Origin: the human T2T-CHM13v2.0 reference genome, Homo sapiens
DNA: 64,000 bases
Assembly (NCBI RefSeq): GCF_009914755.1
Contig: NC_060925.1
Reading direction: 5' to 3' (one strand)
Translations under genes and position numbers: made by a program
Shown: piece by piece, positions 26,300-36,600 of the stretch
Layout: each line of letters starts with the position of its first letter
Numbering within the stretch: the stretch's first letter is position 1
The notes under the pieces: model-generated
The model's database searches: none
The model's input: only the letters and a program-made list of their open reading frames with translations
What the model was told of the DNA's origin: nothing

Positions 26300-26662
26300 A
26301 GTAAGCAGGTTTCTATTACTATTATAACTCTTTTTTATAAGAGTTTAAAATTTTTTTTTAGCGCTGGGAACCATTTTCTAAACTTGGCCCTAGGATCAAA
26401 TCCATGCCACACTTGCACGGGCACATGAGCCAGTCTTGTCATCTCTCTAACTATGTCTTCAACTACTTGCCTTTGATTATCTATGTGTAGGCAGCAATTA
26501 GTAAGGTTATATTTCCTACAGACCTCTCCTTCAGCTGCTAACAAGTAGTTGAGAGCTAATCTATTTTGATAGATAGCGTTTCTCATCTGAGTTTCTTGCA
26601 GGGCCAGAATAGTCAAGGCTCTGCCGGTTTTATTAGTGATTATTTTTAAGACAGCTTGTAAC
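26300..26662 (-). pseudogene. HERV-E/ERV3-type env TM remnant with immunosuppressive domain
   Basis: [63 protein letters not shown] (ORF 26335..26616 plus the same frame upstream). Confidence 0.88.
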
Positions 26663-26706
26663 TGTCAGGCCTCTGAGCCCAAGCTAAGCCATCGTATCCC
26701 CTGTGA
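26663..26706 (+). mobile_element. Inverted 44-bp LTR7 U3-end fragment
   Basis: TGTCAGGCCTCTGAGCCCAAGCTAAGCCATCGTATCCCCTGTGA; 42/44 identical to the reverse complement of 32667-32710. Confidence 0.93.
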
Positions 26707-29700
26707 TATGATCGTGGTAAAGTGTTGGGATGACAAAAATTTTTGGGGGTTGTATGGAGAGATAATGGGCAATGTTTCTCAGGGCTGCTTCGAGCAGGAT
26801 TAGGGGCAGAGTGGGAACTTAGAGTGGGAGAGATTAAGCTGAAGGAAGATTTTGTGGTAAAGGGTGATATTGTGGGACTGTTAGAAGAAACATTTGTCAT
26901 TTAGAATTATTGGTGATGGCCTGGATATGGTTTTGTATGAACTGAAAAACTAAACACAATAAGAGAAGAAGAAAAACAGGTATTAAAGGTCTAAGAATTG
27001 GGAGGACCCAGGACATCTAATTAGAGTGCCTAAGGAGATTCAGCATAGTCCTGCCAGCAAAGATTATTTATTTACTTCAAGATTTAAGAGTGGCAGTTTG
27101 GGGATAGCACCAGGAGATATCAGCTGTGATGGCTTGGAGAAATAGTGTAAACCGGCAGTGTAAACAAGAGCAGGGCATGTATGAGTAGTTGAGAAGAGAG
27201 AATAGGAATATGACTAGACAGAAGATAGTAGGGATGACAAGTTTTTGGGGGCACAGTCCAAGTTGGTCTGGTGTCTGGAATGAGACTGGGGCTTAATAAA
27301 AAGGATCGTCTATACAGGAACTCAAATGGGCTGTACCCTGTAGCATTCCAAGGACAGGCCTGAATTCTGAGAAGGGAAAGTGGTAAAAGTATTGTCCAGT
27401 CCTTTTTAAGTTGGTGGCTGAGCTTGGTGAGGTGTGTTTTTAAAAGACCATTAGTCCGTTCTACCTTCCCTGAAGACTGAAGACCGTAAGGGATATAAAG
27501 GTTTCACTGAATACTAAGAGCCTGAAAAAATGCTTGGCTGATTTGACTAATAAAGGCCGGTCTGCTATCAGACTGTATAGAGGTGGGAAGGCCAAACCGA
27601 GGAATTATGTCTGACAGAAGGGAAGAAATGACTGCGGTGGTCTTCTTAGACCCTGTAGGAAAGGCCTCTACCCATCCAGTGAAAGTGTCTACCCAGACTA
27701 AGAGGTATTTTAGTTTTCTGACTCGAGGCATGTGAGTAAAGTCAATATGCCAGTCCTGGGCAGGGGCAAATCCCAGAGCTTGATGTGTAGGAAAGGGAGG
27801 AGGCCTGAACAATCCCTGAGGGGTAGTAGAATAGCAAATGGCACACTGAGAAGTGATTTCCTTGAGGATAGATTTCCAGGATGGAAAGGAAATGAGAGGT
27901 TCTAAGAGATGGGCTAGCGGCTCATAACCTACATGGAAGAGGTTATGAAATGGTAACAGAATAGAATGGGACTGTGAGGCTGGAAGGAGATATTTTCCTT
28001 GGTCTAAGAACCATTTGCCTTGTGTGGGAAGAGACTGATAGGTGGAAGTTTCAGCGGGGGAGTAGGTGGGAGTGACTGAGGTGAAGGAGAAAAACTGGCG
28101 TGAGGGACAGAAGTTGGAAAGCTAGCTGCTTGTCTAGCCACCTTACCAGCATAAGCGTTGTCTAGAGCAATGGGATCTGATGCCTTTTGATGGCCTTTGC
28201 AGTGAATGACTCCAGCTTCCTTTGGAAGTAAAGCGGCCTTGAGCAGAGTTTTTATTAAAGAGGCATTAATGATGGAGGACCCTTGAGTAGTGAGGAAACC
28301 TCTTTCAGCCTATATAACAGCATGCTGGTGCAGAATATGAAAGACATATTTAGAGTCACTATAAATATTGACGCGTAGTCCTTTTGCAAGAGTGAGGGCT
28401 TGAGTTAAGGCAACTAGTTCGGCTTGCTGAGAGGTAGTGGAGGGGGGCAGAGTGGTAGCCTCAATGATAGATGTGGAAGATACTATAGCATAGCCTGCCT
28501 TTGCTGGTGAGTGGCGATTAGGCCTAGCAGAACTGCCATCAATAAACTAAATGTGATCAGGGTGAGGAACAGGAAAGAAGGAAATATGGGGAAATGGGGT
28601 GAATGTCAGGTGGATCAGAGAGATACAGTCATGAGACAGTCATGAGGGTCAGGTGTGGTATCCAGAATAATGTGGGAGGCCGGATTGAAGTCCAGGCCAG
28701 GAACAATGGTAATTGTGAGAGACTCAACAAAGAGTGAGTACAGCTGAAGGAGCCAGGGAGCAGAAAGTATATGTGTCAGGTGTGAGGAAGAAAATAGATT
28801 TTGGGAGTTATGAGAACTGTAGAGAATGAGTTGAGCATAGTTTGTGATTTTGAGGGCCTCTAAAAGTATTAGGGCAGCAGCAGCTGATGCACGGAGACAT
28901 GATGGCCAGCCTAAAACAGTAGGGTCAAGTTGTTTGGACAAAAAGGCTACAGGACGCGATCCCGGTCCTTGTGTAAGAATTCCGACTGCACAGCCCTGCA
29001 CTTCAGCTGTGTGTAATGAAAAGGGTTGGGATGAGTCAGGGAGAGCTAGGGTGGGGCCAGTCTCTAAAGCTGTCTTCATGGAATGGAAAGAGGAGTGGGA
29101 AAAGGATTTAGGATCTATGGGGTCAGCTAGGTTTCCTTTTGTGAGTTTATATAATGGTTTTGTTAGGATGGCAAAACCAGGTGTCCAAAGGTGAAAGTAT
29201 CCAACCATGCCCAGGAAGGAAAGGAGTTGTTGTTTTGTAGAAGGGGTTGGGGTTTGAGAGATCAGTTGGACATGATCAGCAGGGAGAGCACGTGTGTTTT
29301 TATGAGAATTATGCCAAGATAGGTAACAGATGAGGAAGAAATTTGGGCTTGACTGAAGTAATGGGGGCTGTCTGTGAGGACTTGCGGCAGTACAGCCCAG
29401 GTAATTTGCTGAACCTGATGGGTGTCAGGGTCAGTCCAAGTGAAAGCAAAGAAAGGCTGGGATGAGGGGTGTAGGGGAATAGTGAAAAAAGCATCTTTAA
29501 GATCAAGAACAGAATAGTGAGTAGTGGAGGAAGGTATTGAGGACAAAAGTGTGTACGGGTTGGGCACCACAGGGTAGATAGGCAAAACAATTTGGTTGAT
29601 AAGGCACAGATCCTGAACTAATCTGTAAGACTTGTCCGGTTTTTGGACAGGTAAAATAGGGGAATTGTAAGGAGAGTTTATAGGTTTTAGAAGCCCATGC

Positions 29701-31573
29701 TGTAGCAGGCGAGTGATAACAGGCTTTAATCCTTTTAAAGCGTGCTGTGGGATGGGATATTGGCATTGAGCGAGGTAAGCATGATTAGGTTTTAATGGGA
29801 TGGTAAGGGGTGCATGATCAGTTGCTAAGGAGGGAGTAGAGATGTCTTATACTTGTGGGTTAAGGTGGGGAGATACAAGGGGAGGATGTGAAGGAGGCTT
29901 TGAACTGGGGGAAAAGGCGGCAATGAGGTGTGGCTGTAGCCTAGGAACAGTCAGGGAAGCAGATAATTTAGTTAAAGAGTCTCGGCCTAATAAGGGAACT
30001 GGGCAGGTGGGGATAATTAAAAGGAGTGCTTAAAAGAGTATTGTCTAAGTTGGCACCAGAGTTGGAGAGTTTTAAGAGGTTTAGAAGCCTGGCCGTCAAT
30101 ACCCACAACAGTTATGGAGGCAAGAGAAACAGGCCCTTGAAAAGAAGGTAATGTGGAGTGGGTAGCTTCCGTATAGATTAAGAAGGGGACGGACTTACCC
30201 TCCACTGTGAGAGTTACCCGAAACTCGGCGTCCGTGCTGGTTTAGGGGGCTTCTGAGGAAATCAGGCAGTGTCAGTCTTCAGCTGCTAAGCCGAGAAGAT
30301 CTGGGAAGGAGTCAGTCAGAGAGCCTTGGGCCAGAGTTCCAGGGGCTCTGGGAGTGGCTGACAGGTGAGTTGAACAGTCTGATTTTCAGTGGGGTCCCAC
30401 ACAGATGGGACGTGGCTTAGGAGGAATCCCGGGCTGCGGGCATTCCTTGGCCTGGTGGCCAGATTTCTGGCACTTCTAGCAAGCTCCTGGGGGAGGAGGT
30501 TCTGGAGGAATGCCTGGCTGCTGCGGTTCAGGTGTTTGGAAGTTCTTGTGTGCTGGAGATGTGGCTGGGGTTTGTCTCACAGTGGAGGCAAGGAATTGCA
30601 ACTTTTTTCTATTATTGTACAACTTGAAGGCGAGGTTAATTAAGTCCTGTCGTGGGGTTTGAGGGCTGGAATTTAATTTTTGGAGCTTTATTTAAAGTCG
30701 GGAGTGGATTGGGTAATAAAATGTATATTGAGGATAAGACGGCCTTTTGACCTTTTAGGGTCTAGGGCTGTAAAGCGTCTCAGGGTTGCTGCCAAACGAG
30801 CCATGAACTGGGCTGGGCTTTTCATACTTGATGAAAAAGGGCCTAAACGCTAACTGATTTTCGGAGAGGTTGGATAAAGAAAAAGGAGCATTAACCTTGA
30901 GTATGCCTTTAGCTCCAGCCACCTTTTTAAGAAGAAATTGCTGGGCAGGTGGGAGAAGGCTAGTTGAGGAACGAAACTGTAAGCCGGACCGGGTGTGAGG
31001 AGGGGAGGTGATAAAAGGATTATAGGGTGGAGGAGCGGAGGCTGAGGAAGAATTGGGACGTGGCTCGGCCTGGCGAGGAGGGGAGAGGTCAGATGGGTCT
31101 GTAGAAAAGGAAGATTAGAAAGACTCAGCAATGCTTGGGGTTGGGACTGAGGGGACAGGCGGGAGGGAAAGAAGGAGGATTTGGGATGAGTCGCATTGGG
31201 AACAGTGACTAGGGAGGGAACAATGTGTAAAAGAATGCCTGGATGTCAGGGACCTCGGACCGTTTGCCCATTTTATGATAAGAATTATCTAGATCTTGTA
31301 GGATGGAAAAATCGAAAGTGCTGTTTTCTGGCTATTTGGAACTACTGTCAAGTTTGTATTGGGGTCAAGCGGGATTGTAGAAGAAAATAAGGCATTTAGG
31401 TTTTAGGTCAGGTGTGAGTTGAAGAGGTTTTAAGTTCTTGAGAACACAGGCGAAGGGAGAAGAGAGAGGAATGGAGGGTGGAAGTTTGCCCATAGTGAAG
31501 GAGGCAAGCTGAGAGAAAAGAGAGAGTAGAGACACAGAGGGCAGGGGTTCGGGGGTTCTTACGCTCTAGAAAA

Positions 31574-31760
31574 GTGGGAAAGGGGTTGGGTCATGGAAAT
31601 AAGGGGTTGGAGCACAGAGATAAGAGGTTGGGGTGTGGAAATAAGGGATTGGGGCAAAGAGATAAGAGGTTGGGGCATGGAAATAAGGGATTGGGGTGCA
31701 GAGATAAGGGGTCAGGGCATGGAAATAAGGGATCAGTGTGCAGAGATAAGGGGTTGGGGG
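31574..31760. repeat. G-rich tandem repeat of about 21-bp units in the HERV-H leader
   Basis: Alternating GGAAATAAGGGGTTGGGG.. and AGAGATAAGAGGTTGGGG.. units, about 8 copies. Confidence 0.85.
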
Positions 31761-32279
31761 GTTCTTGCCTCCCAGAAAAGTGGAGAAGGGGTAGAGACAT
31801 GGAGAGGTGTTGGGGGGTCCTTGCCCCCCAGAAAAGCGGTACTTGCCGCTAAGGGTGAAGGACCAAGGCAGGTGTCCCCGCGTGGTCAGACACCTCTGAA
31901 ACATGAGTGAATAAACAGAGAGGCATCCCTGCAATGATTAAACACCAAGGGAAGGCTGCCTTCCCGAGTCCATGACCGGCGTCGGAGTTTTGGGTCCACA
32001 GATAAAACATGTTTCCTTTGTCTGTACCAGAAAATGAAATGAATTGAAATTAAGAGAAGGGAGAGATTGAAGGCTGACACCAAGATTGAAAGGAGAAAGT
32101 GGTTGAGGGATAGTGAGGGAGGTTGGAGAAGAGAGTAAGAAGAGGCCACTTACCCGATTTAAAATTGGTGAGATGTTCCTTGGGCTGGTGGGTCTGAGGA
32201 CCCAAGGTCTTAGGTGGATCTTTTTCACGGAGCAAAGAGCAGGAGGACAGGGGATTGTTCTCCCAAGGGAGGTCCCCCG

Positions 32280-32297
32280 ATCCGAGTCACGGCACCA
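32280..32297 (-). promoter_or_regulatory. Primer-binding site, tRNA-His
   Basis: The + strand ATCCGAGTCACGGCACCA equals the 3' 18 nt of tRNA-His and lies next to the LTR7 end. Confidence 0.95.
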
Positions 32298-32299
32298 AA

Positions 32300-32710
32300 T
32301 TTCATGCACGTCCATGTGAAGAGACTACCAAATAGGATTTGTGTGAGCAATAAAGCTTTTAATCACCTGGGTGCAGGCAGGCTGAGTCTGAAAAGAGAGT
32401 CAGTGGAGGGAGATAGGGGTGGGGCTGTTTTATAAGATATGGGTAGGTAAAGGAAAATTACAGTCAAAGGGGGGTTCTCTGGCAGGCAGGAGTGGGGGGG
32501 TCACAAGGTGCTCAGTAGGGGAGCTTTTGAGCCAGGATGAGCCAGGAGAAGGAATTTCACAAGATAATGTCATCAGTTAAGGTAGGAACAGGCTATTTTC
32601 ATTTCTTTTGTGGTGGGATGTCATCATTTAAGGCAGGAACCGGCTATCTGGATGTGTATGTGCAGGTCACAAGGGATATGATGGCTTAGCTTGGGCTCAG
32701 AGGCCTGACA
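32300..32710 (-). mobile_element. LTR7-family 5' LTR of HERV-H (411 bp)
   Basis: The - strand reads TGTCAGGCCTCTGAGCCCAAGC...CTTATAAAACAGCCCCACCCC...GGACGTGCATGAAA, followed by the PBS. Confidence 0.95.
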
Positions 32711-33330
32711 GTTACATTGTTCCTTAGTACAGGAAGGGCCTTTTTTTCCTTTCTGAAGGTGGACTGGATCCTTTTCATTTTTTTTTTTTAATCTAAGTGG
32801 CCTAAATGACACAAAACCAGTATTTACATTTATTTCCACACAGTCCTAATTTATGACAGATGTACTTATTTTCTGCCATATAGCCTCTTTTCTAATTAGG
32901 AGAACCACAACTTATTCCTAACTTATTACTATTAATGACAGCACAGGCATCAAATTTTAAGGTGATTTGTTTGGGCACCCCTTTTTCTTCTGTTTTGCCT
33001 AACACTTTATTCATATCGTTTTTGAGCCCCCACCAGTCCTCAGTCTTTAATCTTATTTTTAAAACTGTGGTCATGGGAGGCTCAGATGGGTCATAACATC
33101 CATCAGGTTGGTCATTTCCTGGGCTACATGCCTTGTATAGAATAACATTATACAAACAAGTTCTTTTCAGAGTTCCAGTACACTTATAATAACCATAATA
33201 TCATAGGACCATAGCAACCTTTTGTCCTACCTCAGTGACTTGATGTATACACTGGGAACAGTCCTCAGTCTGAGGAAGGTCAGTTGAAGTCCTTACTGTA
33301 AAAGTTCAAATTTTAAGGAAAATGAGTCCC
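32711..33330 (-). pseudogene. HERV-E/ERV3-type env SU N-terminal remnant
   Basis: YKACSPGNDQPDGCYDPSEPPMTTVLKIRLKTEDWWG...LKFDACAVINSN and NEKDPVHLQKGKKGPSCTKEQCN, broken at the LTR7 junction. Confidence 0.8.
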
Positions 33331-33899
33331 GTGATGAGTTTTCTCATGCTTCGGTCGTGCGTCCGGGTGTGACTGGAGCAGGGCTTGTTGTCTTCTTCAG
33401 AGTCACTTTGCAGGGGTTGGCGAAGCTGCTCCTGTCCATGTACCACTCACAGTCTACTGATGTTTAAGGATGGTCTCGGAGGTTGGGCCTGCTAGAATAA
33501 ACTGAGTCCAACACCTCTACACAGTTATGTTCAACTGGGCTCTCTGATACCGGGAGCAAGGTGGTGGGGTTTAGGGTGTTGCAAACTTCAATGGTTATGT
33601 GGGGATTTTCACATAGCAAGCTTTGGTACTTGTTAATCTAGCATTTGTTAACCAATGATGTCCTTTGGTAGTCATTAAAGTTACCACAGCATGGGGGACA
33701 TTTATATTCAGGTTTTGCCTAATGGTTAGTTTATCTGCTTCTTGTGCTTTGTGCTAACAGGGTCACTGCTGCTAGGGCCCTTAGACCTGGGGGCCAGCCT
33801 TTGGAAACCTTGTCTGGTTGTTTTGAGAGATAGGCCACTGGCCTTGGCCAGTGCCCCACAGTCTGAGTTAAAACTGCCATTTTTTCTTTTTCTGACATA

Positions 33900-35150
33900 T
33901 AGAGTGTAAAGAGTTTTGTCAGGTCAGGTAGCCTCAGGGCTGGGGCCGACGTGAGTTTTTTTTTTAACTCATGAAAATCTCGTTGCTGTTGGTTGTAATA
34001 GATGTAGTTTATCTAATCTACATTTTTATTGACTGTCACCTACCAAAATGTTGACTCAAATCTTGCAGCTATTTGATTTCAAGCTTTAAATTGATCTGGT
34101 ATTCCTCATGGGACTCCAATTGCATCTAAATAGATGTGAGAGTCGAAAGACCCATAAGGGGCTTCTCTCGCTTTACGATGCTTTATTTTTTTCCTTCTGG
34201 TTGATGTAATGCCAGGGTGAAAGGGATAGCCAATTGGACTAAAGTACAAGTGCCACTCCAGTTATTTGGCAGAGTGCCCAGTAAAGGTCCACCACAATAC
34301 CACCACACATCCGCTTGGGGATGAACAAGGGCTGACTGATTGATAATTTCTTGAAAATTCTTAAGCTCACTGCATCCCTTCAGGTCTCCAAGGAATGCTA
34401 AATTTCCTCCCTGTCGTGAGAGACACAAAGTGAACTTAGTGTTGGGAGACGGAGGCTGGATGGCCCTCAGGGGCTGACCCACAGGGTGCCGAACTTTGGT
34501 ATATAGCAGAGAGAGCTTGGCACGACTTATTACTCCAGGCTGTAGAATCCTGGAAAGAGCTACCATGTAGCCCACACCTGGTCAACTGGAAGACCACCTT
34601 AGTGGAAAGGGGACAATCTGGGCCTCTGGCCTGCCATGTGCACAAGCAAAACAATTGTTTTTGTTTAACATGCAGATGGAATATTGGATCTATTTTAACC
34701 AGGCATTTGCATCTTGGTATCCTGTCTTAATTGCTAAAGTTTAAGTCTTTAACTTCTATGATCCTCTAGTAAAATGAATGTATGGTTTTAGGAAATTACA
34801 AAAACCGGTTGGGGCAGTCCATCCTTGCCCTTTAGTGGTCCACAGAATGTTGGACCAACTATGGCATGAAAGCTCTACATCGGGGGGCAAGACTCCTGGT
34901 TGGCACTGGGGTCTTTATCGAAATCTCCTCGGATTAAATGGTCCTAGTTTACTAATGCCCAGTCTGAGGAGAGGCAGGAGAGACAGAAGTACCTTTCTGA
35001 AGTAGAAAGCTGTCTTTGACTTGGCAAGTCCTCACAGGTTATAACAAGGCAAGCATTAAATGCAATAGTTTGAGGTGAAATTGACTTGGTTATGTTAATA
35101 ACTAGATGGTCAGCAATAGAATGAGGAAAGAAGAAAGAGTAATAGAATAG
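33900..35150 (-). pseudogene. Second env remnant (HERV-I/HERVIP10-like) within Harlequin
   Basis: GGNLAFLGDLKGCSELKNFQ...ADVWWYCGGPLLGTLPNNWSGTCTLVQLAIPFTLA (ORF 34183..34575), followed by cleavage-site/TM-like sequence. Confidence 0.7.
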
Positions 35151-35513
35151 ATGAAAAGAGTTAAATTTTGCTTAGCTTTAGTTTGGTAGGGTTTTCCCCT
35201 GGGACTATGGCCCACGACTCTGGAAGTGATGGTGTTTTCTTGACTCGGGTGTGATGAGTCCATTCTTTTTTTTTTTTTTTTTTTGGCTGTACAAACAGCA
35301 GTCTCAGTGGCTAGCAGCACAAGGTAGGGTCCTTCCCAGGCTGGCTCGAGTTTTTCTTCTTTCCACCCTTTGATGAGAATGTGATCTTCAGGCTGGTGCT
35401 GGTTTACCGGAAATTCTAGGAGTGGTACATGTGCTAAAAGACTTTTAGTTTTTGAGAGAAAGGAAAGTGGAAGATAAATGAAGTATATAATTTTTAAGAA
35501 ATTGACCTTTTGG

Positions 35514-35909
<396 letters not shown>

Positions 35910-36112
35910 TTAAACCAAAGAAAGCCAAATACCATTTTACACTTAACAGTGCTTCTCGTGTGATTTTTATACCAGATAAGCTAAATTTTATTTTTATATT
36001 AGTGTGTTATTAATGTTAAACTTAATTTTAATAAAACCTTGTAGACATATTTATCTAATTTTTAATGTTTGACCATAAGGTAAGATTTTATAGACTCTTT
36101 TTAACCTTTTAT

Positions 36113-36600
36113 TGTAGCAGGACGAGCCACAGACAAAACTCCTCAGACACTGAATTAAAGAAGGAAGAGGTTTTTATTCGGCCAGGAGCATTGTCAGACT
36201 CGTGTCTTAAGAGCCGAGCTCCCCGAAAAAGAAATTCTTGGCCTTTTTAAAGGTTTACAACTTTAAGGGGTCCACGTGTAAGGGTCGTGGTACATCAAGC
36301 AAGCATGGGAAACATGACTGGGGGCTATATGCATCAGCTAACAGAACAAAAAGTTTTACAATGCTTTTTTTCATACAGTGTCTGAAATTTACAGACAACA
36401 CAAGTAGTTTAGGTCAGGGGTTGAGGTTATCATTATTACTTTTTTTAACTCCTAAGGCCGGGTGGTGGTGCCAAGGTTGTCTGGCTGTTTATCTTACTTT
36501 TGTTTTTTTTCCAACTTTTTGTTTTTCTCTCCTCCTGTCTTGCGAACTAGGCAAGGTGGGGAGAGGAGGGCAGCAGGAGTAGTAGTGGTCTCCTTCCTTA
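36113..36600 (-). mobile_element. LTR2B, 3' LTR
   Basis: The - strand reads TAAGGAAGGAGACCACTACTACTCCTGCTGCCC...GTGGCTCGTCCTGCTACA. Confidence 0.9.

Larger units (their letters stand above)
26714..32299 (-). mobile_element. HERV-H internal region (common deleted RTVL-H2-like type): degraded gag, pro, pol and env remnant; lacks PPT and 3' LTR
   Basis: Protease FLIYTEATHSTLPSFQG (30017-30205). RT YSVLDLKDAFFTIPLHP...VLPQVLTDSPHYFSQ with YxDD deleted (29262-29585). Connection/RNase H 28200-29208. Integrase QDWHIDFTHMP...WVDTFTGWVEAFP...IQSD (27504-27812). Confidence 0.95.

Noticed and set aside
27504-30205. Coding-competent HERV-H pol
   Set aside because: Fragmented by stops and frameshifts; protease DTG reads YTE; RT YxDD is deleted.
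31574-31760. CRISPR-like array or repeat-protein ORFs
   Set aside because: Simple degenerate tandem repeat without unique spacers in a eukaryotic ERV leader.
32280-32297. tRNA genes (also at 24761, 41228 and 43926)
   Set aside because: Only 18-nt matches to tRNA 3' ends adjacent to LTRs; these are primer-binding sites.
26663-32710. Reading the inverted termini as a novel DNA transposon
   Set aside because: The termini are LTR7 U3 sequence, the interior is defective HERV-H, and there is no transposase. A rearrangement is sufficient.
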